Of a DNA stretch of 64,000 nucleotides, positions 10,101 to 18,959 are shown in pieces (within the stretch, counting starts at the first letter, position 1; each line of letters begins with the position of its first letter). A model generated the notes under the pieces. It made no database searches. It was given only the letters and a program-made list of their open reading frames with translations, and was not told the origin of the DNA. The position numbers and the translations under genes are program-made. Source of the DNA: Planctomycetota bacterium (GTDB lineage: Bacteria > Planctomycetota > B15-G4 > SIAN01); NCBI GenBank assembly GCA_016795285.1, contig JAEUIC010000030.1, positions 148,435 through 212,434 of the forward strand, given 5' to 3'.

Positions 10101-10455
10101 CCTCGAGCGGCGCCGTGACGACCAGCTCGTGCTCGATCACGCGCGCGGAGTGCTCGTCGACTCCCCACTGCTCCGGCGCCACGCAGCTCTGCAGCAGGTC
10201 GAGCAGCGCGTCGCCGTAGAGCGGCGCCTCGGAGGCGAGCTCCGCCGCGACGCGCTCGCGCCCGAGCTCTTCGAAGCGGCTCGTCGGCGCCAAGTCGATC
10301 TGCAGGTCGCTCTCTTCCTGCGGCGTGATCAGCCGCGCGACTGAGTAGCGCCGCTCGACCCGCGGCGGGCCGCTCGACTCCTCTTGCGGGAGCGCAAGGG
10401 CGATGGGCGCGAGCGACGCGACGGACGACAGCGCGAGCGCGAGCGGGAACGACAT
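7108..10455 (-). CDS. Large secreted protein of unknown function with an internally duplicated (A-B)x2 architecture
   Basis: ATG at 10455 gives the signal-like MSFPLALALSSVASLAPIALALPQEE. The 1115-aa product has balanced composition and clear internal repeats (see finding). The track's 1849-aa ORF is this gene plus an antisense run-on across the S8 peptidase gene. Confidence 0.7.
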   Translation of the reverse strand: MSFPLALALSSVASLAPIALALPQEESSGPPRVERRYSVARLITPQEESDLQIDLAPTSRFEELGRERVAAELASEAPLYGDALLDLLQSCVAPEQWGVDEHSARVIEHELVVTAPLEVQAEVAAFLAQLSRALATHAQLEVRVLSPVPAGAAFDGAFAAGGARPIAQADAALAEAQQGGATLVRSATLQLRDAVVQRLRAGASRAQVVDFAVEIAHAIAAAAPIHRELRLGLELAARSTRLERATLLDLALREVEPTEERPKEIPGSNMLLLDEEALDRPAAGAVAETRNAFVSLAGTFRLDDGAALWIPCQVETIDGPASFLVDLRVVGDERPLSTRFAVAPHPDDATPRQFVVGSRGGRGLGGIEIGAPKSWLFDAFMLDDDATGYATARFAAARAPDADADRLRDAARLADDDELAMRPGYLFARVSDASLPRLEAALAARAAVPPPLALSATLRDGAGRTLARFAAPLIAGRPLALWSGRERLRLADWDVDVACDANGNHPEIEPAIEGFALRFLARRAIGGNLDLDVDGALRFALEPPKLRALGDAEQRALDHERVRVLALQETRRFGAAGGQVVLGSGDLSLELSLTNAIHAPRETGTPPSPSRVPVERRLPIGSLRAEVATDAGTIALLPIATGANTLPAAGSADLQQKRDAETLFDDSDLELFATAAVAPETWSDDAASVTTDGDELVVRAPLDVADRVAARMAWLDARLAPSRELRVRVRTADGRREIAMLRAALRDRIPARLMAGTRETDVRDWEIEICERSSGADPISGELFAGLELVARCEAVAGGTLLALALSASEPAAPTGRYEPTAIATLHSESTLFKRRACGSIDQPRSAFLGFSGELFLAEGATARVPCRVAGVGGPCDLVLEIELFGTPPPLPDRPGQHLLAVTELLPDAPREGLFDDGWAAAFDGGDESLESCLLGHLATTRETFLPLLDDELPADRLADALSGALSIEATLEDARGGVLASFAVAPLGGRRLVVAGGVEGRRIAGWEVDVANDAATFNPDVEAWVDGFVVSLAPSRDGAGRSLRVVAAACLLDEPPLLRALDDAAKLSVEELRARRLHLDQFVALPDAGGTVTLGGGELRLKLRCTPLAPPVPR

Positions 10456-10629
10456 GGAGGACCCCTTGCCGAGGATGCGTGCGCCATGGGGCAGAGCGGG
10501 GGAGGCGACGGCGGGCAGCCGCTCCGGAAGCGTAGTCCCGACTGCCGCGGCGGTCACCGTCTCCCCGGCGTCCGCTTCGGTCGATAGAACGGCGGCTGTC
10601 GCTTCCTCCGCACCGTCCTGGAGCGCTGC

Positions 10630-12663
10630 ATGTCCGCTCGATCCGCTCGTCGTCGCGCCTTCTGCTTCCTCTGCGCCGCCACGCTGGCGGCGCTCGCGCT
10701 CGCCTCGCGCGGCGTGGCGCAGGACGTGCCGGTGCCGGCCGAACGCGTCGTCAACCCGGAGCGGCTCCTGATCAAGCCGCAGCGCGGCGCCAGCGCCGAG
10801 CAGCTCGCCGCGGCCCACGCGCGCGCGGGCGGGCGCGTGGTGCGCGAGCTGCCGCAGATCGGCTGGCAGATCGTCGCGGTGCCCTACGGCACCCACCTCG
10901 CCGCGCGCGAGCGGTACGCCGCCGAGCCGGCGATCGAGCGCGCCGACCTCGACCACGCGCGCCGGCTCGCGCACGTGCCGAACGACCCCTACTGGCCGAA
11001 CCACTGGCACCTGCAGAACATCACCGCTGATCTGGCGTGGGACACCGAGAAGGGCGATCCGTCGGTGGTGGTGGCGGTGATGGACACCGGCCTCGAAGTG
11101 ACCCACCCCGACCTCGCCGGCAACGTCTGGTTCAATCCGGGCGAGATCGCCGGCAACGCGATCGACGACGACGGCAACGGCTACGTCGACGACGTGAACG
11201 GCTACGACTTCGCCTACCTCGACGGCACGCCCAACGACGTGCATGGCCACGGCACCGCGTGCGCGGGCATCGTCGCGGCGACGCAGGACAACGCGATCGG
11301 CGTCAGCGGCGTCGCGCCGCAGTGCCGCGTCGCCGGCATCAAGGCGGCGCTCGACACCGGCTACTTCTACGACTCGGCCAACGTGCCGGCGTTCCTCTAC
11401 TGCGCCGACATGGGCTTCAAGGTGATCTCGATGAGCTTCTACGCCGACGACGTCACCGCCGCCGAGCGGGACGCCGTCGACTACTGCTGGCAGAAGGGGC
11501 TCGTGCTGGTCGGCGCTGCCGGCAACGAACTCTCCGTCATCCCCTACTACCCCGGCAGCTACGAGCACGTGATCTCGGTCGCCGCCACCGACGGCGCCAA
11601 CAACCCGACCTGGTTCACCAACTACGGCAGCTGGGTCGATGTCGCCGCGCCGGGCGTCTCGATCGCCACCACGACGATCGGCGGCGGCTACACGACCGGC
11701 TTCGCCGGCACCTCGGCCGCCTGCCCGCACGTCGCCGGCCTCGCCGGGCTGCTCTTCGCCGCGAACCCCGCCGCCACCAACGCCGACGTGCGCGCCGCGC
11801 TCGAGGACACCGCCGACGCCACGATCTACGGCTCGTGGGGCGAGTACACCGGCTACGGCAAGGTCGACTGCGATGCCGCCGTCGATCGCGTGCAAGGCGT
11901 GACGAGCGGCAGCAAGGCGGCGCGCTTCCTCTTCGCGGCGCCGGTCGGCGGCGATCGCACGCGCGACCCGACGCGCGCCCTCTCCGATCCGCGCCAGTCG
12001 ATCCGCTTCTTCGGCGTCGGCTTCGAGCGGCCGAACGCGACGCGCGTCGTCAGCGGCCACCGCCGCCTGCCGCTCTTCCTGCAGGGGCGGCGCGAGGTGA
12101 TCGCCCCGTTCGCCGGCCCGCCGTCGCCGCGCGGCAGCTCGTTCGCGCCCGACTACACGCTGACGGTGAACGGCACGCCGCTCTTCACGCTCGAGTGGGA
12201 CGACGGCCCGGGCCTCACCTACGCGCCCTCCGACGTCGGCACCTACAACGCGACGGTCACCGGCGGCTTCGCCGAGATCTACCGCGTCGACGGGCAGCTC
12301 CTCACCTGCGGGCAGAGCGGCGGCTCGATCTACTGCGAGATGCCGGTGCGGAAGATCGCGCCGCGCGTGCCGTCGCGCCTCGACGTCGAGTTCACCCGCG
12401 CCTACTCGAACTGCACGGGCGGCAGCGAGACGCTCTGGATCTACGACTGGTCGACCTGGAGCTACCCGTACGGGACGTGGGTCGCGCTCTGGACCCGCTC
12501 GATCACCGGCAGCAGCCAGGAGACGGTCACCGCGTCGATCACCAGCAGCGCCGCCAACTACGTCGACGAGGAGGGGGTCGCCTACTTCCGCCTCACCACC
12601 TCGGGTGCGGCGAGCGGCGGCCTGCTGCAGGCCGACGCCTTCCGCGTCACGTCGCACGAGTGA
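10630..12663 (+). CDS. Secreted S8 (subtilisin-family) serine peptidase with a Tat-like signal and an unassigned C-terminal beta-rich domain
   Basis: GGAG RBS. The signal MSARSARRRAFCFLCAATLAALALASRGVAQ contains RRxF. Catalytic motifs are VAVMDTGL (Asp), HGHGTACAGIVAA (His) and GTSAACPHVAGLAG (Ser). Confidence 0.9.
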   Translation: MSARSARRRAFCFLCAATLAALALASRGVAQDVPVPAERVVNPERLLIKPQRGASAEQLAAAHARAGGRVVRELPQIGWQIVAVPYGTHLAARERYAAEPAIERADLDHARRLAHVPNDPYWPNHWHLQNITADLAWDTEKGDPSVVVAVMDTGLEVTHPDLAGNVWFNPGEIAGNAIDDDGNGYVDDVNGYDFAYLDGTPNDVHGHGTACAGIVAATQDNAIGVSGVAPQCRVAGIKAALDTGYFYDSANVPAFLYCADMGFKVISMSFYADDVTAAERDAVDYCWQKGLVLVGAAGNELSVIPYYPGSYEHVISVAATDGANNPTWFTNYGSWVDVAAPGVSIATTTIGGGYTTGFAGTSAACPHVAGLAGLLFAANPAATNADVRAALEDTADATIYGSWGEYTGYGKVDCDAAVDRVQGVTSGSKAARFLFAAPVGGDRTRDPTRALSDPRQSIRFFGVGFERPNATRVVSGHRRLPLFLQGRREVIAPFAGPPSPRGSSFAPDYTLTVNGTPLFTLEWDDGPGLTYAPSDVGTYNATVTGGFAEIYRVDGQLLTCGQSGGSIYCEMPVRKIAPRVPSRLDVEFTRAYSNCTGGSETLWIYDWSTWSYPYGTWVALWTRSITGSSQETVTASITSSAANYVDEEGVAYFRLTTSGAASGGLLQADAFRVTSHE

Positions 12664-12725
12664 ACCGGCGCTGACCGAGCGCGGTCGAACTCCCCGGGTT
12701 GACCGCGCCGCTCTGCCGCCGAATC

Positions 12726-14279
12726 ATGCGGCGCATGGAACTCCATGCGCTCGCGCTCGCCGCTTCGCTGCTCTTCGCTCCGGCTCCCGCTGCAGCGGCT
12801 GCCACCTCCGAGTCGCTGCTCGAGCGCGCGCGCGCCGCCAACGACGCGGCGAGCTGGCGCGCGAGCGGCAAGGAGCTGCTGCTCGAAGGGGAGGCGACGG
12901 TCGAGGGGCTCGCCGGCCCGTGGCAGCTGCGCGTGGCGCCCGACGGCCGCTTCGCGCTCCGCCACGACTCGCGCCGCGCGACCCGCTCCGGCCGCGACGC
13001 CACCTCGACCTGGCGCGTCGACTCGTCCGGCATCCCGATCCGCACCGCGCTCGAGGCGCGCGAGCAGTCGCTGCTGACGCTCGCGCTCTGGTCGGGGAGC
13101 TGGTGCGAGGCGGACGGGCCGCTGCTGGTGACCGGCGAGGCGGACGGCGCGCTCGAGCTGCGCGCGCGCGACGGGCTGCTCACCGCGCGCGTGGAACTCG
13201 ACGCGGCAACGGCGCGGCCGGCGCGGCTCGAGATCGGCGACTACCGCGGGGCGCGCGTCTGGCAGTGGTCCGACTGGCGCGAGGTCGCGCAGCGCTTCGC
13301 CGTTCCGCACGCCTGCGAGCTCGACGAGAGCGGGCAGAAGAGCCGCTGGACGATCGCTGCTGCGCGGCTGGTCGAACCGCTGCCGGGCGCCTTCGACTTC
13401 CCGGCGGCGCGGCCCGCCGACACCCGCTTCGATGCCGCGCGCCCGGCACGTCTCGACTGCAAGGTCGCGCCGACCGGCCACCTGCTGGTGCGCGCCGAAC
13501 TCGACGGCGCCGACCACGGCCGCTGGATCTTCGACAGCGGCGCGGGCGGCATGGTCGTCGATCCCGACGTCGCGAAGAAGCTCGGCTACGAGCCGTTCGG
13601 CGAGGTGCTGGTCGGCGGCGCCGGCGCGACCCGCACGGCGGCGCGCTTCCACGACGGGAGCACGCTGCGGGTCGGCCCCGCGACGCTCGAGCGACCGCAC
13701 CTCACCGGCTTCGAGCTCGACTCGCTCTCCGCGACCTTCGGCGAGCCGCTCGCCGGGATCATCGGCTACGACTTCTTCCAGCGCGTCGTCGCGACCGTCG
13801 ACATGCAGGCGGGTCGCGTCGAGATCGCCGATCCGGCGACCTTCGCGCGCGCCGACGTCACGTGGCGGCCGCTCGTGCTGCACGGCAACCACCCGCACGT
13901 CGAGTGCACCTTCGGCCATGACGGCGACGAGACGGCGCTCTTCCGCCTCGACACCGGTGCGGCGAGCGTCGCGGTGATCTTCCACACGCGCTACGTGCAG
14001 GAGGCGGGGCTGCTGGCGGGGCGGCCGACCGCGCCGTTCCATGGACTGTCGGGCGTCGGCGGCGAGACGAAGGCGCGCATCGGGCTGGTCGACTGGTTCG
14101 AACTGGGCGGCGTCGTCGTCGACCAGCCGACCGCGATCTTCGTCGAGGATCCGCGCGGCGCGCTGGCCGACCCGTGGAGCGCCGGCACGATCGGCGGCGA
14201 CCTGCTCGAGAAGCACGACCTCGTCCTCGACTACCCGCACGGCCGCATCGGCTTCGCCCCGCGCCGCGCGGCGAAGTGA
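12726..14279 (+). CDS. Secreted protein with two retropepsin-like aspartyl protease domains
   Basis: Signal MRRMELHALALAASLLFAPAPAAAAA. First domain: WIFDSGAGGMVV ... IIGYDFF. Second domain: LFRLDTGAASVAV ... TIGGDLL. These are D-S/T-G-A active-site loops plus flap-like motifs. Start could be 12699 (TTG), 12726 or 12735. Confidence 0.65.
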   Translation: MRRMELHALALAASLLFAPAPAAAAATSESLLERARAANDAASWRASGKELLLEGEATVEGLAGPWQLRVAPDGRFALRHDSRRATRSGRDATSTWRVDSSGIPIRTALEAREQSLLTLALWSGSWCEADGPLLVTGEADGALELRARDGLLTARVELDAATARPARLEIGDYRGARVWQWSDWREVAQRFAVPHACELDESGQKSRWTIAAARLVEPLPGAFDFPAARPADTRFDAARPARLDCKVAPTGHLLVRAELDGADHGRWIFDSGAGGMVVDPDVAKKLGYEPFGEVLVGGAGATRTAARFHDGSTLRVGPATLERPHLTGFELDSLSATFGEPLAGIIGYDFFQRVVATVDMQAGRVEIADPATFARADVTWRPLVLHGNHPHVECTFGHDGDETALFRLDTGAASVAVIFHTRYVQEAGLLAGRPTAPFHGLSGVGGETKARIGLVDWFELGGVVVDQPTAIFVEDPRGALADPWSAGTIGGDLLEKHDLVLDYPHGRIGFAPRRAAK

Positions 14280-14289
14280 CCCGTCGCGC

Positions 14290-14348
14290 TCGGCGACCGC
14301 CACCGATCAGCGCGCCGCCGCCATCGGCGACCGCCACCGGTCAGCGCG
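14290..14348. repeat. 25-nt direct repeat (1 mismatch, period 34) spanning the stop codon of the alpha/beta hydrolase gene
   Basis: TCGGCGACCGCCACCGATCAGCGCG at 14290-14314 and TCGGCGACCGCCACCGGTCAGCGCG at 14324-14348. Confidence 0.7.
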
Positions 14349-15216
14349 GCAGGTGGGCGTCGAGGAACGCGCGCAGCAGCTTCGCGTAGAAGTCGGGCGA
14401 CTGCTTCAGCAGGTCTTCATGGCCGGCGCCGGGGAAGGCGGCGAGCTCCTTCGGGCGCTTCGCCCCTTCGAACAGCAGCTCCGCTTGCGCGAACGGCGTC
14501 GACGCATCGTCGCGGCCGTGCAGCAGCAGCAGCGGGCTGCCGAGCGCGCCGATCGCGTCGAGCGGCCGCACGGCGGCGGGATCGACGCCGGTCAGGAAGC
14601 GGTACGTCCCGTTCGCCAGCGGCGCCAAGGCGGGCGCGAGCGGCCCGAGGAACCGCGCGATGCGCGCCTCGATCGCCATCGGCAGCGTCGCGTAGGTCGA
14701 CTCGAGCACGACGAAGCGCAGCGGCTCGGTGCGCGGCGCGAGGCAGAGCGCGGCGCCGCCCATCGAGATGCCGAGCGCCCCGAGCGGCACGCCGGGCCAG
14801 CGCGCGCGCAGCCACGCGAGCGCCGGTGCCACCGCGTCCGCCTCGCGCGCGCCGAGCGTCACGACGTCGGCCATGCTCTCGCCATGGCCCGGCAGGTCGA
14901 GCAGCAGCGACGCGCAGCGCAGCCGCGCCAGCAGTTCGCCGCGCACGCCCATCGCGCCGCGCGAGCTGCCGCGGCCGTGCAGCACCAGCAGCGCCGCGCG
15001 CGGATCGACGATCGCGACGTCCCAGCCGATCAGCGGCGCGCCGCCCGGCCACGCGATCTCGACCCGCTTCGCGACCAGCCCTTCGCCGGACGGCGGCACG
15101 CCCGCCTCGCGCTGTTGCGGCCGCGTGAGCCACCAGACTCCGGCCGGTGGCGCGCACAGCAATGCCGCGACGGCGAGCAGCGCGAAGTGGAGCGGACGGC
15201 GTGGGCGCCAGTTCAT
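14341..15216 (-). CDS. Alpha/beta-fold hydrolase (membrane-anchored or secreted)
   Basis: N-terminal hydrophobic anchor, an HG oxyanion-type motif LLVLHGRGSS, nucleophile elbow GISMGGAA, and a late LLLLHGRDD ... GAGHED. Confidence 0.8.
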   Translation of the reverse strand: MNWRPRRPLHFALLAVAALLCAPPAGVWWLTRPQQREAGVPPSGEGLVAKRVEIAWPGGAPLIGWDVAIVDPRAALLVLHGRGSSRGAMGVRGELLARLRCASLLLDLPGHGESMADVVTLGAREADAVAPALAWLRARWPGVPLGALGISMGGAALCLAPRTEPLRFVVLESTYATLPMAIEARIARFLGPLAPALAPLANGTYRFLTGVDPAAVRPLDAIGALGSPLLLLHGRDDASTPFAQAELLFEGAKRPKELAAFPGAGHEDLLKQSPDFYAKLLRAFLDAHLPR

Positions 15217-15330
15217 GGCGGCCGATCATCGCACGGCGCCGCCGCTACCATCGCGCGCTGCAGGCGAAGCACGGCACCGAGCGCCGCCGCGCGCTCCGTC
15301 CGCCGCTCGAGGGAGGGGTGCGAAGCCGCC

Positions 15331-16248
15331 ATGGCGATCGATCCACGCTGGCCGCGCGCGAGCGACTGGCTCGCCGGCGCCCATCTGCCGACGGCGCGCG
15401 CGCGACTCGGCATCGTCGGGTTGCCGGTCGGGCTCGGCGCGGTGACGCCCGGCCACTGCGAGCTCGCCCCGAAGGCGATCCGGAAGCGCCTCACGCGGCT
15501 CAGCACCGCCGACCTCGCCGCCGACCTCGACCTGCGCGAGCTGATCGTCCGCGACCACGGCGACGCGCCGCTCGTCACGCTGCCGCTGGCGCAACTGCTC
15601 GAGCCGGCGCGCGCGGCGGTCCGCGCGGCGCTCGACGGCAGCGCCGCCGCGCTGGTCTTCGGCGGCCATGACGCGATCACGCGGCCCGCCTGCCGCGCGC
15701 TCGGCGACGACCTGCGCCGCGTCGGCCTGCTGACGCTCGACGCCCACTTCGACCTGCGCGACCTCGAGGGGGGCCTCTCGAACGGCAATCCGGTGCGCGC
15801 GCTGCTGGCCGACGGGCTGCCGGGCGCGAACGTCGTGCAGCTCGGCCTGCAGAGCTTCGCCAACTCGCTCGACTATGCGGCGGTCGCGCGCGCGGCGGGC
15901 TCGACCTGGCGCACGGTCGAACAGCTGCGCGAGCGCGGCGTCGCGGCGACCGTCGCCGAGTTCCTGCGCGAGCTGTCGGCGCGCGTCGACGCGATCTACG
16001 TCGACGTCGACCTCGACGTGCTCGACCGCTGCCACGTGCCGGGGGCGCCGGGAGCGCGGCCGGGCGGACTCGCGCCGCACGAGCTCTTCGAGGCGGTGGT
16101 CGCCTGCGGCCGCGAGTCGAAGGTGCGCGCGCTCGGCCTGGTCGAGGTCGATCCCGAACGGGATGTCGCCGACCTCTCGACCTTCGCGGCTGCCCGCTCT
16201 GCGCTCTCCTTCGCGAGCGGCGTGCTGCAGCGTGTGCGCGCCGGCTGA
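15331..16248 (+). CDS. Arginase-fold metallohydrolase (formimidoylglutamase/agmatinase family)
   Basis: ATG 15331 lies within a longer artefactual ORF. Motifs: FGGHDAIT, LLTLDAHFDLRD, YVDVDLDVLD, LVEVDPERD (Mn-binding pattern of the ureohydrolase family). Confidence 0.8.
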   Translation: MAIDPRWPRASDWLAGAHLPTARARLGIVGLPVGLGAVTPGHCELAPKAIRKRLTRLSTADLAADLDLRELIVRDHGDAPLVTLPLAQLLEPARAAVRAALDGSAAALVFGGHDAITRPACRALGDDLRRVGLLTLDAHFDLRDLEGGLSNGNPVRALLADGLPGANVVQLGLQSFANSLDYAAVARAAGSTWRTVEQLRERGVAATVAEFLRELSARVDAIYVDVDLDVLDRCHVPGAPGARPGGLAPHELFEAVVACGRESKVRALGLVEVDPERDVADLSTFAAARSALSFASGVLQRVRAG

Positions 16249-16272
16249 TTCGCGCGCCGCGGCGGTGGCGGC

Positions 16273-18861
16273 TCACTCGCTCCAGGCGCGCACCTCGGTG
16301 ACGCCGCTCCTCGCCGCGTCGCGGTGGGTGAAGAGGAGGCGCAGCTTGCGCGCAGCGACCGGCGGGAAGCGCGCCTCGTTCCAGCGGCCGGCGCTCGGCT
16401 CCGGCGGATCGCGGTGCAGCAGCGGCACCGCCTCGAAGCCGCCGCCTGCGTCGACTTCGAGCGTCCAGTCGGCGGGCGGCGCGATGCCGCCGTGCGCCTC
16501 GACCAGCGCGACCTCGACGCGCCCGACCACGACCGCGCGTCCGAAGTCGATCTCGAGCCAGTCCTGCGCGTGCGGCGACTCGAGGCAGGTCCAGCGATTC
16601 GCCGGATGCGCCTCGAAGCGGGTGATGCCGTCGATGGTCGCGGCCGCGCTGCCGCCGAGTCGATCGGTGAAGGAGGCGGTGGCGTGTGGGAAGCCGGCGC
16701 CGAACCGCTCGCCCGCGAGGTTGCCGGGCGGCGGCGGAGCGGGCGCGAGCGGCAGCTGCGCCGGCCCCCACGCCTCGAGCTCGGTGAGGCCGGAGCGCGC
16801 CCCTTCGGCGTGGTGGAGCGTGACGCGCAGCTTCGCCACCGCCGTCGGAGCGCAGCGGAAGGTGTTGGCGCGATGGCCGTGCGGGTCGGCGAGCTCCTCG
16901 GTCGCCTGCGCGTCGAGCGGGAGCGGCCGCCACGCGCCGTCGCGCCACGCGGCCAGCTCGATGCGCTCCGGCGCGCGCAACGGCGACTCGGGCTGCGCCG
17001 CATCGTCGAGCAGGTAGAGGCGGATCGTGTGGAGCGTCCGCTCGACGCCGAAGTCGACCTCGAGCGTGTCATGGTCGTTCGGCGAGCCGGCGCAGCTCCA
17101 GCGGTTCGCGGGCGCGACGTGGTACCAGTAGCTGCCGTCGTTCACCTTCGCCAAGGAGCTGCCGGGCGCGGTGTAGCTGGCGGCGAGGCGCGGGAACCAG
17201 GTGCCGTCGTTGTTGACGGCGAAGTTGACGTCGAGCGGCGCGCCGGCGCGGCTGCTCGCAGCGCCGCTCGCGCCGCGCGCCGCCACCGGCAGCTCCACCT
17301 CGAGCGGCGAGAGCGATGCAGCGCCCGCCACGCGCTCGCCGTCGACCAGCACGTGCAGCCCCTTGCCGAGCCCGTAGCGCGTGCCGTCGCGATCCCACGC
17401 GATCGCGAGGCGGCGCCCCGCGTAGGCGACGTCGTCGAGCGCCCACCAGTCGAACTCCTCGGGCGCGAGCGGCCGCACCGCGACGCGGCGCGCGTCGATC
17501 GGCATGAGCCCGGCGAAGCCGGTGATGACGAGGTCGGCGAAGCCCGAGTGGAAGTAGTGCTCGCTGTGGCCCGGCTTGTCGTGCCCCTCGAAGGAGCCGC
17601 TGTCGGGATGGAGCGCCTCGGCGAGGTAGGGGACGGCGTCCCTGCGGTGCGAGCGCGCGTAGATCGAGAGGAGCTTCGCGTAGTCGGCGCGCGTGACGGC
17701 CGACTGCTGGCGCTCCTGCAGGACGAGCGCGAGCCCCTTCAGCGTCTGCGTGGTCGCGTAGGGCCAAGACTGGCCGCTCCACCAGCAGCAGCTCGGCTCG
17801 AGCAGGAAGAGCGGATCCTTGCGCTCGACGGTGGTGGGGCCGAACGGCGCGGAGAAGCCGTCGCTCTCCATCAGCTTCTTCCACGCCACCTCGAAGCCGG
17901 CGTCGCGCTCGGGCAGCCCGAACTGCCACGGCACGTAGCCGATCAGCTCGCGCCCGTACGGGCTGCCGGCGAACGGGCCGCTCTGGTAGGTGAGCGTGCC
18001 GGCCTTCACGACTTGGCCGTCGCGCTCCTCGTCGTCGCGCGCCATCGGGAAGAAGAACTCGCGGCGCGGGTCCCAGAGCAGCGCCTGCACGTTGGCGCGC
18101 AGCGCCTCGGCGCGCTCCCGGAAACGGACGGCGACGTCGGCTTGCCCGTAGCGATCGGCGAAGCGCGCGATGGCGACCGCGTCGGCGAAGCGATAGGCGT
18201 TGAACGACGGCCGGAACGCCGGCCCGCCGCGCATCGGATCGCGCGTCTGCCGGCTGTTGATGTTGAACTCCATGCCGTCGTCGTGGCCGGTCTGCCAGAA
18301 GAGGCCGATCGCTGGCACGAAGTGGCGCGCCGCCCAGCGCTCCCAATCGTCGATCAGGTCGGGCAGCAGCTCGGCGAAGAGGGCGTCGTCGGGATGGACC
18401 TGCGCCACCGCCCACGCCGCGTCGGCGAGCCACGTGCTGTAGCTGCGCGGCTGCGCGCCCGGCGTGCGGAACCAGTAGCGCAGGTAGTCGTGCGCGTAGC
18501 GCGAGTCGTGCAGCCAGCGCGCTTCGTAGAGCTGGTGGCCGGCGGGGCAGCTGATCGCGCCGTACGCTCCCGACCAGTGCGGCCGGTCGATGAACTCGGT
18601 GAAGCAGTAGCCGCTGTTCGGCGAGCCGTAGGTGAGGTGCTTGGTGAGCAGCTCGAAGCGGTAGTACCAGGTCGTGGTCAGCTCGGCGTCGGGGCACTCG
18701 AAGAAGGGGATCTGCGCCGCGTACCAGTCGAAGTCGCGGTTGTCCCAGAAGCGCTGCTCCGCCAGCAGCCGCCCCTTGTCGAGCAGTTGCGCGCGGGCCG
18801 GCGCCGCGAGCAGCCCCGCGGCCGCGAGCGTCGCAGCGAGGAGTTCGGTCGCTCGTCCCAT
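16273..18861 (-). CDS. Secreted glycoside-hydrolase-like protein ((alpha/alpha)6-barrel, GH63/MGH1-like guess) with two C-terminal discoidin/F5-8-type-C-like domains
   Basis: Signal MGRATELLAATLAAAGLLAAPARAQ. The ~550-aa Trp/Tyr-rich catalytic-like region resembles MGH1/trehalase-like proteins. Two repeats follow, of the form NRW(S/T)C..SP...D(T/W)LE(V/I)DFG......I.(L/V)... The family call is tentative. Confidence 0.55.
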   Translation of the reverse strand: MGRATELLAATLAAAGLLAAPARAQLLDKGRLLAEQRFWDNRDFDWYAAQIPFFECPDAELTTTWYYRFELLTKHLTYGSPNSGYCFTEFIDRPHWSGAYGAISCPAGHQLYEARWLHDSRYAHDYLRYWFRTPGAQPRSYSTWLADAAWAVAQVHPDDALFAELLPDLIDDWERWAARHFVPAIGLFWQTGHDDGMEFNINSRQTRDPMRGGPAFRPSFNAYRFADAVAIARFADRYGQADVAVRFRERAEALRANVQALLWDPRREFFFPMARDDEERDGQVVKAGTLTYQSGPFAGSPYGRELIGYVPWQFGLPERDAGFEVAWKKLMESDGFSAPFGPTTVERKDPLFLLEPSCCWWSGQSWPYATTQTLKGLALVLQERQQSAVTRADYAKLLSIYARSHRRDAVPYLAEALHPDSGSFEGHDKPGHSEHYFHSGFADLVITGFAGLMPIDARRVAVRPLAPEEFDWWALDDVAYAGRRLAIAWDRDGTRYGLGKGLHVLVDGERVAGAASLSPLEVELPVAARGASGAASSRAGAPLDVNFAVNNDGTWFPRLAASYTAPGSSLAKVNDGSYWYHVAPANRWSCAGSPNDHDTLEVDFGVERTLHTIRLYLLDDAAQPESPLRAPERIELAAWRDGAWRPLPLDAQATEELADPHGHRANTFRCAPTAVAKLRVTLHHAEGARSGLTELEAWGPAQLPLAPAPPPPGNLAGERFGAGFPHATASFTDRLGGSAAATIDGITRFEAHPANRWTCLESPHAQDWLEIDFGRAVVVGRVEVALVEAHGGIAPPADWTLEVDAGGGFEAVPLLHRDPPEPSAGRWNEARFPPVAARKLRLLFTHRDAARSGVTEVRAWSE

Positions 18862-18959
18862 CGACTCGCTCCGCGTCGGGGGGCCGTGGTCCGGGGGCGC
18901 AACGCGCTCGAACGGCGGCGCGCGCGGCCCATGCATACGCCGCGGTAGCGTCGCGCGCC

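Noticed and set aside
10456-12657. Upstream 734 codons of the 1849-aa minus-strand ORF (7108..12657)
   Set aside because: This part is exactly antisense to the S8 peptidase gene, which has an intact Asp/His/Ser triad. Its translation is Arg/Ala/Gly/Asp-rich low-complexity sequence. The convincing protein starts at the internal ATG 10455 with a signal peptide. It is a typical long antisense ORF of GC-rich DNA.
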